38,592 bases of DNA, taken from NCBI GenBank assembly GCA_046095085.1, contig JBJTIQ010000046.1, positions 1-38,592 of the forward strand. The letters are read 5' to 3'. The notes under the pieces were generated by a model that saw nothing but the letters and a program-made list of their open reading frames with translations, did no database searches and was not told where the DNA came from. Position numbers and translations under genes: made by a program. Below are positions 25,854 to 37,708 of the stretch, piece by piece. Position 1 is the stretch's first letter; every line of letters starts with the position of its first letter. This DNA is from Actinomycetota bacterium (lineage in GTDB: Bacteria; Actinomycetota; Actinomycetes; S36-B12).

Positions 25854-26315
25854 TCAGGCGAGCGCCGCCTTGACGAGCGCCGCCACCTGGCCGCCATCAG
25901 CGCGTCCGCGGGTCTGCGGCGTCACGATCTTCATCACGGCACCCATCGCCGACGGTCCGGTGGCTCCCTGCGCGGCTACTGTCGCGACCGCTTCGGCCAC
26001 CATGGCACTGATTTCCTCTTCGGTGAGCTGCTTGGGCAGGTAGCGCTGCAGGACCGTGAGTTCGGCCTGCTCGCGCTCGGCGCGATCGCTGGCACCGGCA
26101 GCCGCGAACGACTCGGCCGCCTCGCGACGCTTCTTGGCCTCGCTCGTGAGCACCACGACTACCTCGTCGTCGGAGAGTTCTTTGGCTTCCTTGCCGGCGA
26201 CCTCAGCATTGGTCACGGCAGATAGGGCCATGCGCAGCGTGGCCATCGTGAGCTCATCCTGGGAGCGAATGGCCGTGGTGAGGTCGCCTTGGAGCTGGTC
26301 CTTCAGAGCACCCAT
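25854..26315 (-). CDS. GatB/YqeY domain protein
   Basis: MGALKDQLQGDLTTAIRSQDELTMATLRMALSAV is a typical YqeY N-terminus. ATG 26315 has GAGGA 7 nt upstream; the ORF also permits ATG 26333. The stop abuts the PBP stop with 0 nt between them. Confidence 0.8.
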   Translation of the reverse strand: MGALKDQLQGDLTTAIRSQDELTMATLRMALSAVTNAEVAGKEAKELSDDEVVVVLTSEAKKRREAAESFAAAGASDRAEREQAELTVLQRYLPKQLTEEEISAMVAEAVATVAAQGATGPSAMGAVMKIVTPQTRGRADGGQVAALVKAALA

Positions 26316-26377
26316 GGCGCCATCCTCGCGCATGACGGGCCGATGGAGGCCAGCGCCCCGCGTGCCACACTTTCGTC

Positions 26378-27301
26378 ATGTCATCACGCACATGGGGAGC
26401 GCTCGGCGCTGCCGCCCTCCTGGGCGCTGGTGTCCTGGCCTACGCGCGCCTCGAGGCCGACTCGTTTCGACTGCGCAGACGCGATCTCGACGTGCTCCCG
26501 CAGGGCCACGATCCCTTGCGGGTTCTGCACCTGTCCGACCTGCACATGACCCCGAGGCGCCGCGGACTCCAGGACTGGGTGGCATCACTTGCCGCTCTCC
26601 ACCCCGACCTGGTTGTCGTGACCGGTGACTTCCTCGCTCACCGAGATGCCGTCGAACCGGTGGCGGCATCGCTCGAGCCGCTTGCCGACGTGCCGGGCGT
26701 ATTCGTGCTCGGCAGCAACGACTACTACGCGCCGCGTGCCATCAACCCCTTCTCCTACCTCTTTGGCCCGTCCGACCTGCACCCCGACCGCCCGCAACTG
26801 CCCTGGCCCGACCTCGTTAACCGCCTCGAAGGCTTCGGTTGGCATCACCTTCCGAACGCACGCAAGACGGTCGTTGCGGGCGGCCGCGCCATCGAGGTGC
26901 GTGGCGTCGACGACCCTCACATCGAGCGCGATGACTACGCCCTCGTGGCCGGCTCGCCCGACGCATCTGCCGATCTTTCGCTCGGTGTCGCGCACGCCCC
27001 CTACCTGCGTGTCCTGGACGCGATGGCAGCCGATGGCGTCGACGTCGCCCTCGCCGGCCACACGCACGGTGGGCAGGTGTGCGTACCCGGGTTAGGCGCG
27101 TTGGTCACCAATTGCGACCTGCCGAGAGACCGGGCCAGGGGAATCTCAGCGCACGAACGCCCCCTCACTGAGTTCGCTCCGCACGATCAGCCACCGATGT
27201 GGCTGCACGTGTCAGCCGGACTCGGCACCTCTCCTTATGCGCCGATCCGCTTCGCGTGCCCGCCCGAGGCCACGCTGCTCACCCTCACGGCGAGGGGCTA
27301 G
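26378..27301 (+). CDS. Membrane-anchored metallophosphoesterase (Rv3683-like)
   Basis: Calcineurin-like motifs [17 protein letters not shown] and GHTHGGQ. There is an N-terminal TM helix. Confidence 0.85.
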   Translation: MSSRTWGALGAAALLGAGVLAYARLEADSFRLRRRDLDVLPQGHDPLRVLHLSDLHMTPRRRGLQDWVASLAALHPDLVVVTGDFLAHRDAVEPVAASLEPLADVPGVFVLGSNDYYAPRAINPFSYLFGPSDLHPDRPQLPWPDLVNRLEGFGWHHLPNARKTVVAGGRAIEVRGVDDPHIERDDYALVAGSPDASADLSLGVAHAPYLRVLDAMAADGVDVALAGHTHGGQVCVPGLGALVTNCDLPRDRARGISAHERPLTEFAPHDQPPMWLHVSAGLGTSPYAPIRFACPPEATLLTLTARG

Positions 27302-27316
27302 ACTCCTACGGCTCCA

Positions 27317-27390
<74 letters not shown>

Positions 27391-27394
27391 CATA

Positions 27395-29753
<2,359 letters not shown>

Positions 29754-29776
29754 AGTGGCTCCTGGGCAAGCGCACC

Positions 29777-29799
29777 GGCCGCCCCCCAGTGGGGCGGTC
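29777..29799 (-). terminator. GC-rich hairpin downstream of recR / upstream of ask
   Basis: Plus-strand arms ggCCGCCCC (29777-29785) and GGGGCGGtc (29791-29799) with a 5-nt loop. There is no U-tract, so the terminator function is uncertain. Confidence 0.35.
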
Positions 29800-29872
29800 A
29801 CCTAACGGCGGAAGCGCCAGTCTAGCCAGAGGCCAATGAACCCGCGCATCCACGCTCGCCTCGTCGGACGCG

Positions 29873-30472
29873 CTACGCGTCGAGTCGACGGCGGCCCGCG
29901 AAGGCCCTGCCGAGGGTGACCTCGTCGGCGTATTCGAGGTCGCCACCCACGGGTAGACCGCTCGCCAGGCGCGTGACGGTCAGGCCCATGGGAGTGAGGA
30001 GCCTGGCGAGGTAGGTGGCGGTCGCCTCGCCCTCGAGATTGGGATCGGTGGCGATGATGATCTCGGTGACCTCGCCGTCGGTAAGGCGCTGCAGCAGCTC
30101 TCGGATGCGAAGGTCGTCGGGGCCGATGCCATCGATCGGGCTGATGGCTCCGCCGAGCACGTGATAGCGACCGCGGTATTCGCCGGTCTTCTCGACAGCT
30201 ACGACGTCCTTGGACTCCTCGACGACGCACAGTGCGGTGGAGTCGCGGCGGGGGTCACGGCAGATTCGGCAGGTCTCCTCGTCGGTCACGTGACCGCAGA
30301 TGGCACAAAAGCGCACCTTCTCCTTGACGGTCACGAGCACCTCGGCTAGACGTCGCACGTCGGCCGGGTCGGATTGGAGCAGGTAGAAGGCAATTCGCTG
30401 GGCGCTCTTGGGGCCGATACCGGGCAGCCGGCCGAGCTCGTCGATGAGGTCGGCCACAACGCCGTCGTACAC
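29873..30472 (-). CDS. recR: Recombination protein RecR
   Basis: 199 aa. HhH N-terminus [14 protein letters not shown], zinc finger [16 protein letters not shown], and a Toprim domain. GTG start. Confidence 0.95.
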   Translation of the reverse strand: MYDGVVADLIDELGRLPGIGPKSAQRIAFYLLQSDPADVRRLAEVLVTVKEKVRFCAICGHVTDEETCRICRDPRRDSTALCVVEESKDVVAVEKTGEYRGRYHVLGGAISPIDGIGPDDLRIRELLQRLTDGEVTEIIIATDPNLEGEATATYLARLLTPMGLTVTRLASGLPVGGDLEYADEVTLGRAFAGRRRLDA

Positions 30473-30474
30473 GG

Positions 30475-32214
30475 CTAGCCCTGCTCGATCTCGCCGATGA
30501 CAGTGGCACCCAACTCACGCAGCGCCAGTGTCTCTCCGGTCATCTCCTCGGCGCGATCGTCGTCGAGGCTCGGCACATCGGCCGTCGCGGGAGAGGGGAT
30601 GGCCCCAGACAGGACGACGTCGACCTGCAGATCAGCGTGCATGACGTCGATGATGACCTGGCGCAGCCGCTCGCCGTGTCCGCTGCTGCGCGCGTTTTTG
30701 ACCTTGCTCTCTTCGGGAACTCCCACCGCCAGGACTCCCTCGGAGACAGACAGGGGTCGCGAGTCGCTGAAGACGGCCCAGGCCACACGCGACATCGACT
30801 TCAAGCCCTCCATGACCGCAGGCCACATCGTGGTGATGTCGGTGAGCGTCACATCGGATGCGGGTGGGGCCTCGCGCGACTCCGGTGCCGACGGGGGCGC
30901 CGCCGCGGCGACATCGGACAGGCGCGGAGGGGGTGGTGGCGCCGCGGCGGCCGAGGATGCCTCGGCCGGCGCGGACTCCCTACGACGCGACGGCTTGGGC
31001 GCGGACTCAGCGGGCGCAGGGGGACTAACGGTCGCCGCCGGCGTACTGACGGTCGCCGTGCCACCGCGCTCGAGACGGTCGAGCCGCGCAGAGAGCCCGG
31101 CCTGAGAGTCGTCGGCTCCGGGCAGGAGCAACCGTGCCGCGAGGAGTTCGAGATGAAGGCGGGGCGCGGTGGCGCCACGAAGCCCGGTGAGTCCGTCGCT
31201 GACCAGGTCGGCGGCCCGTGACAACTCGGCAAGGGTGAACTTGACCGCCTGCGCTCGCATGGCATCGAGCTCGGCATCGGATGCGTCGAGGAGGGCGACG
31301 GCATCGTCGGAGGACATGGCCGACAGCACGATCAAATCTCGCAGTCGCTGGAGGAGGTCCGTGGCAAAGCGCCGCGGATCGTGCCCGGCGTCGACCACTT
31401 GGTCGATGACTGTGAAGAGGCGAGCACCCTCACCCGATGCGATGGCATCGACGGTCGCATCGACGAGCGCGTGATCGGTGACCCCCAACTGCGCGGCCAC
31501 GCTGTCGTAGTCGAGGCCCTGCGGACCGGCACCGGACGCCAACTGCCCAAGGATCGACAGGGAATCCCGCACGCTTCCACCCGCCGCCCTCGCCACCAGC
31601 GTGAGCGCTGCCGCATCAGCGACGATGCCCTCGGACTCACAAACCTGGGCCAGGTGAGCCTGCAGTACGCGCGTGGGCACCAAGCGGAAGGTGTAGTTGA
31701 ACGTGCGTGAGCGAATCGTCGGCAGAACCTTGTCGGCCTCGGTGGTGGCGAAGATGAAGCGCACGTGCTCGGGCGGCTCCTCGACCAACTTCAGCAGCGC
31801 GTTGAAGCCCGCCGTGCTGACCATATGGGCCTCGTCGACGATGTAGACCTTGTAGCGAGACGAGGCTGGGGCAAACATGGCCCGCTCGCGAAGTTCGCGA
31901 GTGTCGTCGACGCCACCGTGGCTGGCAGCGTCGAGCTCGATGACATCAAGCGACCCCGGACCATTGGGTGCGAGGTCTCGGCAACTCTGGCACTCCCCGC
32001 ACGGCTCCGGCGTAGGGCCCTGCTCGCAGTTGAGCGACCGGGCCAGGATCCGGGCGGTGGAGGTCTTGCCGCACCCGCGGGGACCGGAGAAGAGATAGGC
32101 GTGGTGGATCCGGTCGGCATCAAGCGCCCGCGACAGCGGCTCGGTGACGTGCTCCTGCCCGACCACCTCGGACAACCGACCGGGGCGGTAGGTGCGGTAG
32201 AGGGCCAGGGACAC
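30475..32214 (-). CDS. dnaX: DNA polymerase III subunit gamma/tau
   Basis: 579 aa. Walker [10 protein letters not shown], zinc module CGECQSC, SRC-type TIRSRT, an Ala/Pro-rich linker and the actinobacterial C-terminal domain. GTG start at 32214. Confidence 0.95.
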   Translation of the reverse strand: MSLALYRTYRPGRLSEVVGQEHVTEPLSRALDADRIHHAYLFSGPRGCGKTSTARILARSLNCEQGPTPEPCGECQSCRDLAPNGPGSLDVIELDAASHGGVDDTRELRERAMFAPASSRYKVYIVDEAHMVSTAGFNALLKLVEEPPEHVRFIFATTEADKVLPTIRSRTFNYTFRLVPTRVLQAHLAQVCESEGIVADAAALTLVARAAGGSVRDSLSILGQLASGAGPQGLDYDSVAAQLGVTDHALVDATVDAIASGEGARLFTVIDQVVDAGHDPRRFATDLLQRLRDLIVLSAMSSDDAVALLDASDAELDAMRAQAVKFTLAELSRAADLVSDGLTGLRGATAPRLHLELLAARLLLPGADDSQAGLSARLDRLERGGTATVSTPAATVSPPAPAESAPKPSRRRESAPAEASSAAAAPPPPPRLSDVAAAAPPSAPESREAPPASDVTLTDITTMWPAVMEGLKSMSRVAWAVFSDSRPLSVSEGVLAVGVPEESKVKNARSSGHGERLRQVIIDVMHADLQVDVVLSGAIPSPATADVPSLDDDRAEEMTGETLALRELGATVIGEIEQG

Positions 32215-32237
32215 CCCGTCACCCTAATGCCGATACG

Positions 32238-32338
32238 TGACAGCGGGAGGAGTCGAAGGGACCCCCCGCGCACCCGACAGGGCCCGCCTACCCTTGCTGC
32301 CTTCCGGCCCTGGGGGGATTCAGAGGGATATCGCCGCG
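32238..32338 (-). ncRNA. ffs: Small signal recognition particle RNA (4.5S-type); boundaries approximate
   Basis: The minus strand reads ...CCCCCCAGGGCCGGAAGGCAGCAAGGGUAGGCGGGCCCUGUCGGGUGCGCGGGGGG.... This contains the conserved helix-8 GGAAG-CAGC-AAGG apical motif flanked by pairing arms (CCCCCC/GGGGGG, AGGGCC/GGCCCU). It sits immediately upstream of dnaX, as in other Actinobacteria. Confidence 0.7.
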
Positions 32339-32373
32339 CGAGGGGTCGACCCCAGTCTAGGCGCTGCCGCGGC

Positions 32374-32400
32374 GGGAGCCGGGGGCCAGCCCCGGCTCCC
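32374..32400 (-). terminator. Perfect 11-bp GC hairpin between tRNA-Ser and SRP RNA
   Basis: GGGAGCCGGGG (32374-32384), 5-nt loop, CCCCGGCTCCC (32390-32400). It lies 14 nt downstream of the tRNA-Ser 3' end on the minus strand. No U-tract. Confidence 0.45.
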
Positions 32401-32414
32401 CACCTGGCGAAGCG

Positions 32415-32499
32415 CGGAGGATAGGGGATTTGAACCCCTGAGGGATTTCTCCCAACACGCTTTCCAAGCGTGCGCCCTAGGCCACTAGGCGAATCCTCC
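32415..32499 (-). tRNA. tRNA-Ser (anticodon GGA)
   Basis: The reverse complement folds by hand into a type II tRNA. Acceptor stem is GGAGGAT/ATCCTCC. Anticodon stem is CACGC/GCGTG with loop TTGGAAA. The long variable arm is GGGA-GAAA-TCCC. T arm is AGGGG-TTCAAAT-CCCCT. Discriminator is G. Length 85 nt. Confidence 0.9.
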
Positions 32500-32647
32500 G
32501 CCGGAGAGCGTATCCAAGCCGCTATCCGCTCCGACGACTGCGTGAGTGTCGCGCGCGCATACACGGCTACACGCGCTCGCGGAACCTAAACTGGCGGAGT
32601 CCGCTTCTCGACCACGGCGCTGACCCGCCCTCTGGAGGCACCGCAGC

Positions 32648-33304
32648 ATGAGCGTCCCGTCCGCTGGCCCTCGGCCCAGCAACCGGCACCGCAGACGGCA
32701 GAGCCCCGTCGTCGGCATCATCCTCGTGATCGTCGGCATGGTTGTCCTCTTTGGTGCGGGCTACGGACTCTCGCGCATCATCCAGGGCTCGTCCGGCGGC
32801 GGTGAGAGCGCGAGTTCGACCACGACGACAGGTAGCCAGACGACTGCCGCACCCGAGCCGGAGCCGTGCGTGACGGTCACCGTGACCCCGGGCGCAGGCC
32901 TCCCGAGCGCATCGCAGGTCACCACCAACGTCTACAACGCGACAGACCGCGCCGGTCTCGCCGCAGGCACGGCCGAGGCGCTCCAGGTGAGGGGATTCGT
33001 GATCGACAAGATCGATAACGATCCACTGTCGAAGACGATCACCGGAGTCGCGGAGATTCGACACGGGCCCTCCGGTGAATCAGCCGCCCAACTGATGGCG
33101 TTCTACCTTCCGGGTGCCGAACTCGTCGATGACGGTCGCAAGGACGCAACGATCGACACCGTGCTCGGTGCCGCCTTCACCGAGGTTGCCGCGCAGTCGG
33201 AGGTCGATGCAGCGCTAGCGGCACCCTCGCCGTCGCCGTCTGGTCCGGGTTGCTCAGCCCCCGCCGCGACCACAGCCGACAGCGCGAGTCCGGAGTCGAG
33301 CTAG
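32648..33304 (+). CDS. LytR_C domain membrane protein
   Basis: N-terminal TM helix VVGIILVIVGMVVLFGAGYGL and a Ser/Thr linker. The LytR C-terminal-type domain reads VYNATDRAGLAAGTAEALQVRGF...DATIDTVLGAAF. Confidence 0.7.
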   Translation: MSVPSAGPRPSNRHRRRQSPVVGIILVIVGMVVLFGAGYGLSRIIQGSSGGGESASSTTTTGSQTTAAPEPEPCVTVTVTPGAGLPSASQVTTNVYNATDRAGLAAGTAEALQVRGFVIDKIDNDPLSKTITGVAEIRHGPSGESAAQLMAFYLPGAELVDDGRKDATIDTVLGAAFTEVAAQSEVDAALAAPSPSPSGPGCSAPAATTADSASPESS

Positions 33305-33307
33305 CGC

Positions 33308-35233
33308 TCAGATCTCGACAAGCCTGCCCACCTCGACGACCCGGTCGGGCCGGAGATGGAAGTACCGCTGTGGGTCCACGGCATTGCGCTGCATGAAGGC
33401 GAAGACCTCCGCTCCCAGGTGGACCAAGGGCGGCGACGGTCCCACCTGGGGATGCACGGAATAAAAGGCGTAGGTGCATGTCTCCGGGTCTATTCCAGGC
33501 ACGCGGGCGGCCAGCTCAGCCAGGGCCACGGCCGGCTGCGGACGCTCCATGAACCCATAGGAGACCTTGACCTCGCTCACATGCTCGCCCAGCTCTGCGT
33601 AATCCAGGCGTTCGCTGGGGCTAACGCGCGGCGTCTCGGTGGTGATGAGTCGCATGATGATGATGCGATCCTCGACGACCTTGAAGATGCGAAGCCTGTG
33701 CACCAGCGCGTAGGGCACGCCATCTTCCAAGGTGACGTAGACCATGACTCCGGGGGTGACGATCGCACCGGGCTGCTGGAGAAGTCCTTCGAGATCAGAC
33801 ATGGGCGCTTGCACGTATGACAGTCGCTCCATCAGCCGATTCCAACCCCAGCGCCAGATGGAGAGCACGGTGAAGATCACCGCGGCCGCAACCAGCGGGA
33901 ACCAGCCGCCGTGCGAGAACTTGGTCAGGTTTGCAGCGAAGAACGTGCCGTCGATGATGAGGAAGACGATGGCCACCGGCGCCACCACCCACCACGACAG
34001 ATTCCAGCGGTGCCGCGCGACGACGGTGATGAGGCAGGTCGTGATGACGAACGTGCCGGTGACGGCGATGCCGTAGGCCGAGGCGAGGTTGGACGAGTCC
34101 TGGAAGCCCACGACGAGGCCGATGATCGCCACCATGAGGATCCAGTTGACGAAGGGCACGTAGACCTGGCCGCGCTCTCCGGCGGATGTGTGCAGCACGG
34201 TCATGCGAGGCAGGTAGCCCAGCCGAATCGCCTGCTGCGTCATCGAGAAGGCCCCGGAGATCACCGCCTGCGAGGCGATGATGGTGGCGACAGTCGCGAG
34301 CACGATCATCGGGATCTGCAGCACGCTCGGCACCAGCAGGTAGAAGGAGTTGTCGACGCTCTGCGGATCCCGCAGGACGAGCGCTCCCTGGCCCAGGTAG
34401 TTGAGGTAGAGCGCCGGCGCGGCGACGGCAAACCACGAGATGCGGATCGGGAAGCGACCGAATTGGCCCATGTCGGCGTAGAGAGCCTCCGCCCCGGTGA
34501 CGCACAGCACGACCGACCCGAGGGCCAAGAAGGCCATGATCGGATCCGACACGATGAACGACACGGCGTAGGTGGGAATGATCGAGGCAAGAACGCCCGG
34601 GGACTGCAGCAGGCTGCCGAGACCCAGAATCCCGATGACGATGAACCACACGAGCATCACCGGCCCGAAGACCGCACCCACGCGACCGGTGCCGTAGCGC
34701 TGCACGACAAACAGCCCGACGAGCAGCACGAGGGCGATCGGCACGACCCAGGACGACAGGCCGGGTGCGACGAGCTCGAGCCCCTCGACCGCCGATAGCA
34801 CCGACACCGCTGGCGTAATCATCCCGTCGCCGTAGAAGAGTGCGGCCCCAATGACGCCGAAGACCATGATGAGGGCCGCGGATCGGTGCCGGCGCACGGC
34901 CGACACTGCGAGTGCAGCGAGGGCCATGATGCCGCCCTCGCCCTCGTTGTCAGCGCGCATCACGATCAGGACGTATTTCACGGAGACGATGAGCGTGAGG
35001 GTCCAAAAGACGAGTGACAGAGCACCGAAGACGCGATCTTCGGTCACGGGAATGTCGTGTGAGCCGCCGAATATCTCCGTGAAGGCGTAGAGGGGACTCG
35101 TGCCGATGTCGCCGAAGACAACGCCGAGCGCACCAAGAGCCAGGAGGCCTGAACTACGTCGAGCACGGTGTCGCACAATCGCTGAACGTACCCCCTGACC
35201 ACATCCCGGGCAGGAAGTTCGCCTAATGGCCAC
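33308..35233 (-). CDS. kup: KUP/HAK/KT potassium transporter
   Basis: Signature GVVFGDIGTSPLYAF near the N-terminus, a polytopic domain, and a C-terminal cytoplasmic domain. The ORF begins with GTG 35233; GTG at 35176 gives a more typical N-terminal length. Confidence 0.9.
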   Translation of the reverse strand: MAIRRTSCPGCGQGVRSAIVRHRARRSSGLLALGALGVVFGDIGTSPLYAFTEIFGGSHDIPVTEDRVFGALSLVFWTLTLIVSVKYVLIVMRADNEGEGGIMALAALAVSAVRRHRSAALIMVFGVIGAALFYGDGMITPAVSVLSAVEGLELVAPGLSSWVVPIALVLLVGLFVVQRYGTGRVGAVFGPVMLVWFIVIGILGLGSLLQSPGVLASIIPTYAVSFIVSDPIMAFLALGSVVLCVTGAEALYADMGQFGRFPIRISWFAVAAPALYLNYLGQGALVLRDPQSVDNSFYLLVPSVLQIPMIVLATVATIIASQAVISGAFSMTQQAIRLGYLPRMTVLHTSAGERGQVYVPFVNWILMVAIIGLVVGFQDSSNLASAYGIAVTGTFVITTCLITVVARHRWNLSWWVVAPVAIVFLIIDGTFFAANLTKFSHGGWFPLVAAAVIFTVLSIWRWGWNRLMERLSYVQAPMSDLEGLLQQPGAIVTPGVMVYVTLEDGVPYALVHRLRIFKVVEDRIIIMRLITTETPRVSPSERLDYAELGEHVSEVKVSYGFMERPQPAVALAELAARVPGIDPETCTYAFYSVHPQVGPSPPLVHLGAEVFAFMQRNAVDPQRYFHLRPDRVVEVGRLVEI

Positions 35234-35282
35234 GCGCCGAGGAGCCGCTCGTTAGCCTTCGCCTGTCGAAGAAGGGGGCGCC

Positions 35283-36704
35283 ATGGCTGCTACCTCCCGC
35301 ATACCGAAGTCAGCACTGGTCGTGGCCCTCAGTGCCGCGACCCTGGGCGTCGTCTATGGCTACGACGGTTCCAACGTGGCGGGCGCCCAATTGTACTTCG
35401 AGGACTACTTCGGCCTGCAGGGCAATGAAGCCGCGGTCGAAACCATCGTCACGGCGACCGTCTACGGCGAGTTGATCGGCGCCCTGGCCGGAGGTTTCGT
35501 CATCAATCGACTGGGGCGCAAGCCGTCCATCGTGGGAGTTGCGTTTGGCTACGTCGTCTTCTGCATCCTCAGTGCGCTCGCCGTCACGCCACTCATGCTG
35601 GGCATTTCACGATTCTTCCTGGGCCTGACGATCGGCGTCTCGCTCATCGCGGTGCCGATCTTCGTCGCCGAGTCTGTGCCCGCTCGCATCCGCGGCGCGA
35701 CACTCGTTGCCTACCAGGTGGCGGCCGTCGTCGGGATCATCCTCGGCTACCTCGGCGCCCTGGCCCTGAGCGGCCTCAGCGAGACGATCAACTGGCGCAT
35801 CATGCTCGGACTTGCCTCCGTGCCCGCCATCCTGCTGATCCCCGCGCTGCTCCGACTGCCCGAGACCGCCCGCTGGCTCGTGCTGAAAGGCCGGATCGCG
35901 GAGGCGCGCGTATCTCTGCAGCGCACGGACCCCGAGGCCGATATCGACGCCGAACTCGCCGACATCCAGCGTGGCATCTCCAGCGAGAAGGGCGGTCGCA
36001 TCAAGGAGATGCTGCGCAAGCCCTACGCCCGAGCCACCATCTTTGTCGTCGGCCTTGGCTTCTTCATCCAAATCACGGGCATAAATGCGACCGTGGCCTA
36101 CGGGCCGAAGATCTTCCAGGCGATGGGCATCGACACCAATACCGAGTCGATCCTGATGTCGACCCTCGTGCAATGCATCGCGCTGGTGGCGGTCTTGGCA
36201 TCCATGACGGTAGTGGATCGCTGGGGTCGCCGGCCCATCCTGCTCACCGGGATCAGCATCATGATCGTGTCTCAGCTGGCGATGGTGGTGACCTTTGCGA
36301 CCCAGCAGGGCGCCACCTTCACCACCGCGCAGATCGTGCTCGGCTTCGCGGGCTTGGCAGGGATCAACATCGGTTTCGTCTTCGGATTCGGCGCCCTGGT
36401 CTGGGTCTACTCCAGCGAGAGCTTCCCCGCTCGACTGCGCGGCTACGGCTCGAGCGCCATGCTCGGATCCGACCTGCTCGCCAACATCATCATCGCCCAG
36501 TTCTTCCTCACCATCCTCAGCGCCATCGGGGGGGCGTGGTCCTTCGGCATCTTCGCTATCCTCGCCGTGCTCGCATGGCTGTTCGTCTGGCGCCTGGCGC
36601 CTGAGACCAAGGGCCGCGAGCTCGAGGAGATCCAGTCCTTCTGGGAGAACGGCGGCTCGTGGCCGACGGAGCAGCAGGTGGGCGAGACAGGGAGGGGCCG
36701 CTGA
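35283..36704 (+). CDS. MFS sugar-porter family transporter
   Basis: 473 aa, 12 TM helices. Sugar-porter motifs are GRKPSI, LPETARWL, VDRWGRRP and PETKGRELEEIQ. Confidence 0.85.
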   Translation: MAATSRIPKSALVVALSAATLGVVYGYDGSNVAGAQLYFEDYFGLQGNEAAVETIVTATVYGELIGALAGGFVINRLGRKPSIVGVAFGYVVFCILSALAVTPLMLGISRFFLGLTIGVSLIAVPIFVAESVPARIRGATLVAYQVAAVVGIILGYLGALALSGLSETINWRIMLGLASVPAILLIPALLRLPETARWLVLKGRIAEARVSLQRTDPEADIDAELADIQRGISSEKGGRIKEMLRKPYARATIFVVGLGFFIQITGINATVAYGPKIFQAMGIDTNTESILMSTLVQCIALVAVLASMTVVDRWGRRPILLTGISIMIVSQLAMVVTFATQQGATFTTAQIVLGFAGLAGINIGFVFGFGALVWVYSSESFPARLRGYGSSAMLGSDLLANIIIAQFFLTILSAIGGAWSFGIFAILAVLAWLFVWRLAPETKGRELEEIQSFWENGGSWPTEQQVGETGRGR

Positions 36705-37705
36705 TGCTACGGGCCGGAGTCGATCTGGGTGGCACGAAGATCCAGGTTGCAGTCGTCGACGCCGAAGGCAACGTCATCGGTCAGTGTCGTATCGCCACAC
36801 CCCAGGACCACGGGTCGTCCGGGGTCATCGCCGCGATGGTGCAGTCCGTCCGCGACGCGATGTCCGATGCCAAGGCCGACATGGGATCCCTGCTGGGCGT
36901 GGGAGTGGGCGCACCGGGGCAGATCGATCATGACGCCGGCACGGTCAGTCATGCGGGCAACCTGCCCGACTGGCTGGGCACGGTTGCCGTCGCGGGTCCC
37001 ATGCGCACGGCACTCGGCGTCCCCATCGAACTCGCCAACGACGTGCAGGTCGGCGTGATGGCGGAGTCGCAGCTGGGTGCGGGGCGTCCCTACTCATCGA
37101 TGCTCGGTGTCTTCTGCGGTACCGGAGTCGGTGGCGGCATCGTCATTGACGACGAGTTGTGGCTGGGTCGCGGAGCAGCGGGCGAGGTCGGGCACATGGT
37201 CGTCGAACCCGATGGCGCGCCGTGCCCCTGCGGACGCCGCGGGTGCCTCGAGGCCTACGCCGGTCGCGCCGCGATGGAGGCCGAGGCGAGGCGTCGAGTC
37301 GAGCACGGCAAGAAGACACGGCTCTTCGACATCATGGAGAAGAAGGACCGCACCCGGCTGTCGAGCGGAGTGTGGGCCAAGGCGCTCGACAAGGGCGACC
37401 ACATGGCCGAGGACCTCATCGACCGCGCCGTATGGGCGCTGGGCCTAGCCTGCGCGAGCGCGGTCAATTTGCTCGATGTCGAGGCCGTGGTCATCGGCGG
37501 CGGCCTGGGGTGCCGACTCGGCGCGCCCTTCGCCGATCGCATTCGCGACGCGATGCTGCCCCACCTGATCCTTCCGGAGAAGGAGCCGCAGGTGCTCAGT
37601 GCGGCGCTTGGCGATCTCGGCGGAGCGATGGGTGCGGCGCTGCGCGTCGAGCACACCGTGCCGCCACCCGGAGAGATCGGCGTGATCGTCGACAGAGACG
37701 ACTGA
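36704..37705 (+). CDS. ROK-family sugar kinase (glucokinase / N-acetylhexosamine kinase-like)
   Basis: ORF trimmed to ATG 36704 (TGATG overlap with the MFS stop). N-terminal ATP motif GVDLGGTKI and ROK zinc motif GHMVVEPDGAPCPCGRRGCLEAY. Confidence 0.85.
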   Translation: MLRAGVDLGGTKIQVAVVDAEGNVIGQCRIATPQDHGSSGVIAAMVQSVRDAMSDAKADMGSLLGVGVGAPGQIDHDAGTVSHAGNLPDWLGTVAVAGPMRTALGVPIELANDVQVGVMAESQLGAGRPYSSMLGVFCGTGVGGGIVIDDELWLGRGAAGEVGHMVVEPDGAPCPCGRRGCLEAYAGRAAMEAEARRRVEHGKKTRLFDIMEKKDRTRLSSGVWAKALDKGDHMAEDLIDRAVWALGLACASAVNLLDVEAVVIGGGLGCRLGAPFADRIRDAMLPHLILPEKEPQVLSAALGDLGGAMGAALRVEHTVPPPGEIGVIVDRDD

Positions 37706-37708
37706 CCC

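Noticed and set aside
29754-29872. Lysine riboswitch (L-box) or other leader element upstream of ask.
   Set aside because: The spacer is only about 120 nt and shows a single short GC hairpin. That is too short and too simple for an L-box, and actinobacterial ask genes are not known to me to use one.
30475-32214. Programmed -1 frameshift site in dnaX producing a gamma subunit, as in E. coli.
   Set aside because: I saw no A-rich slippery heptamer (a T/A run of 6 or more) anywhere in the gene. The mechanism is not established for Actinobacteria.
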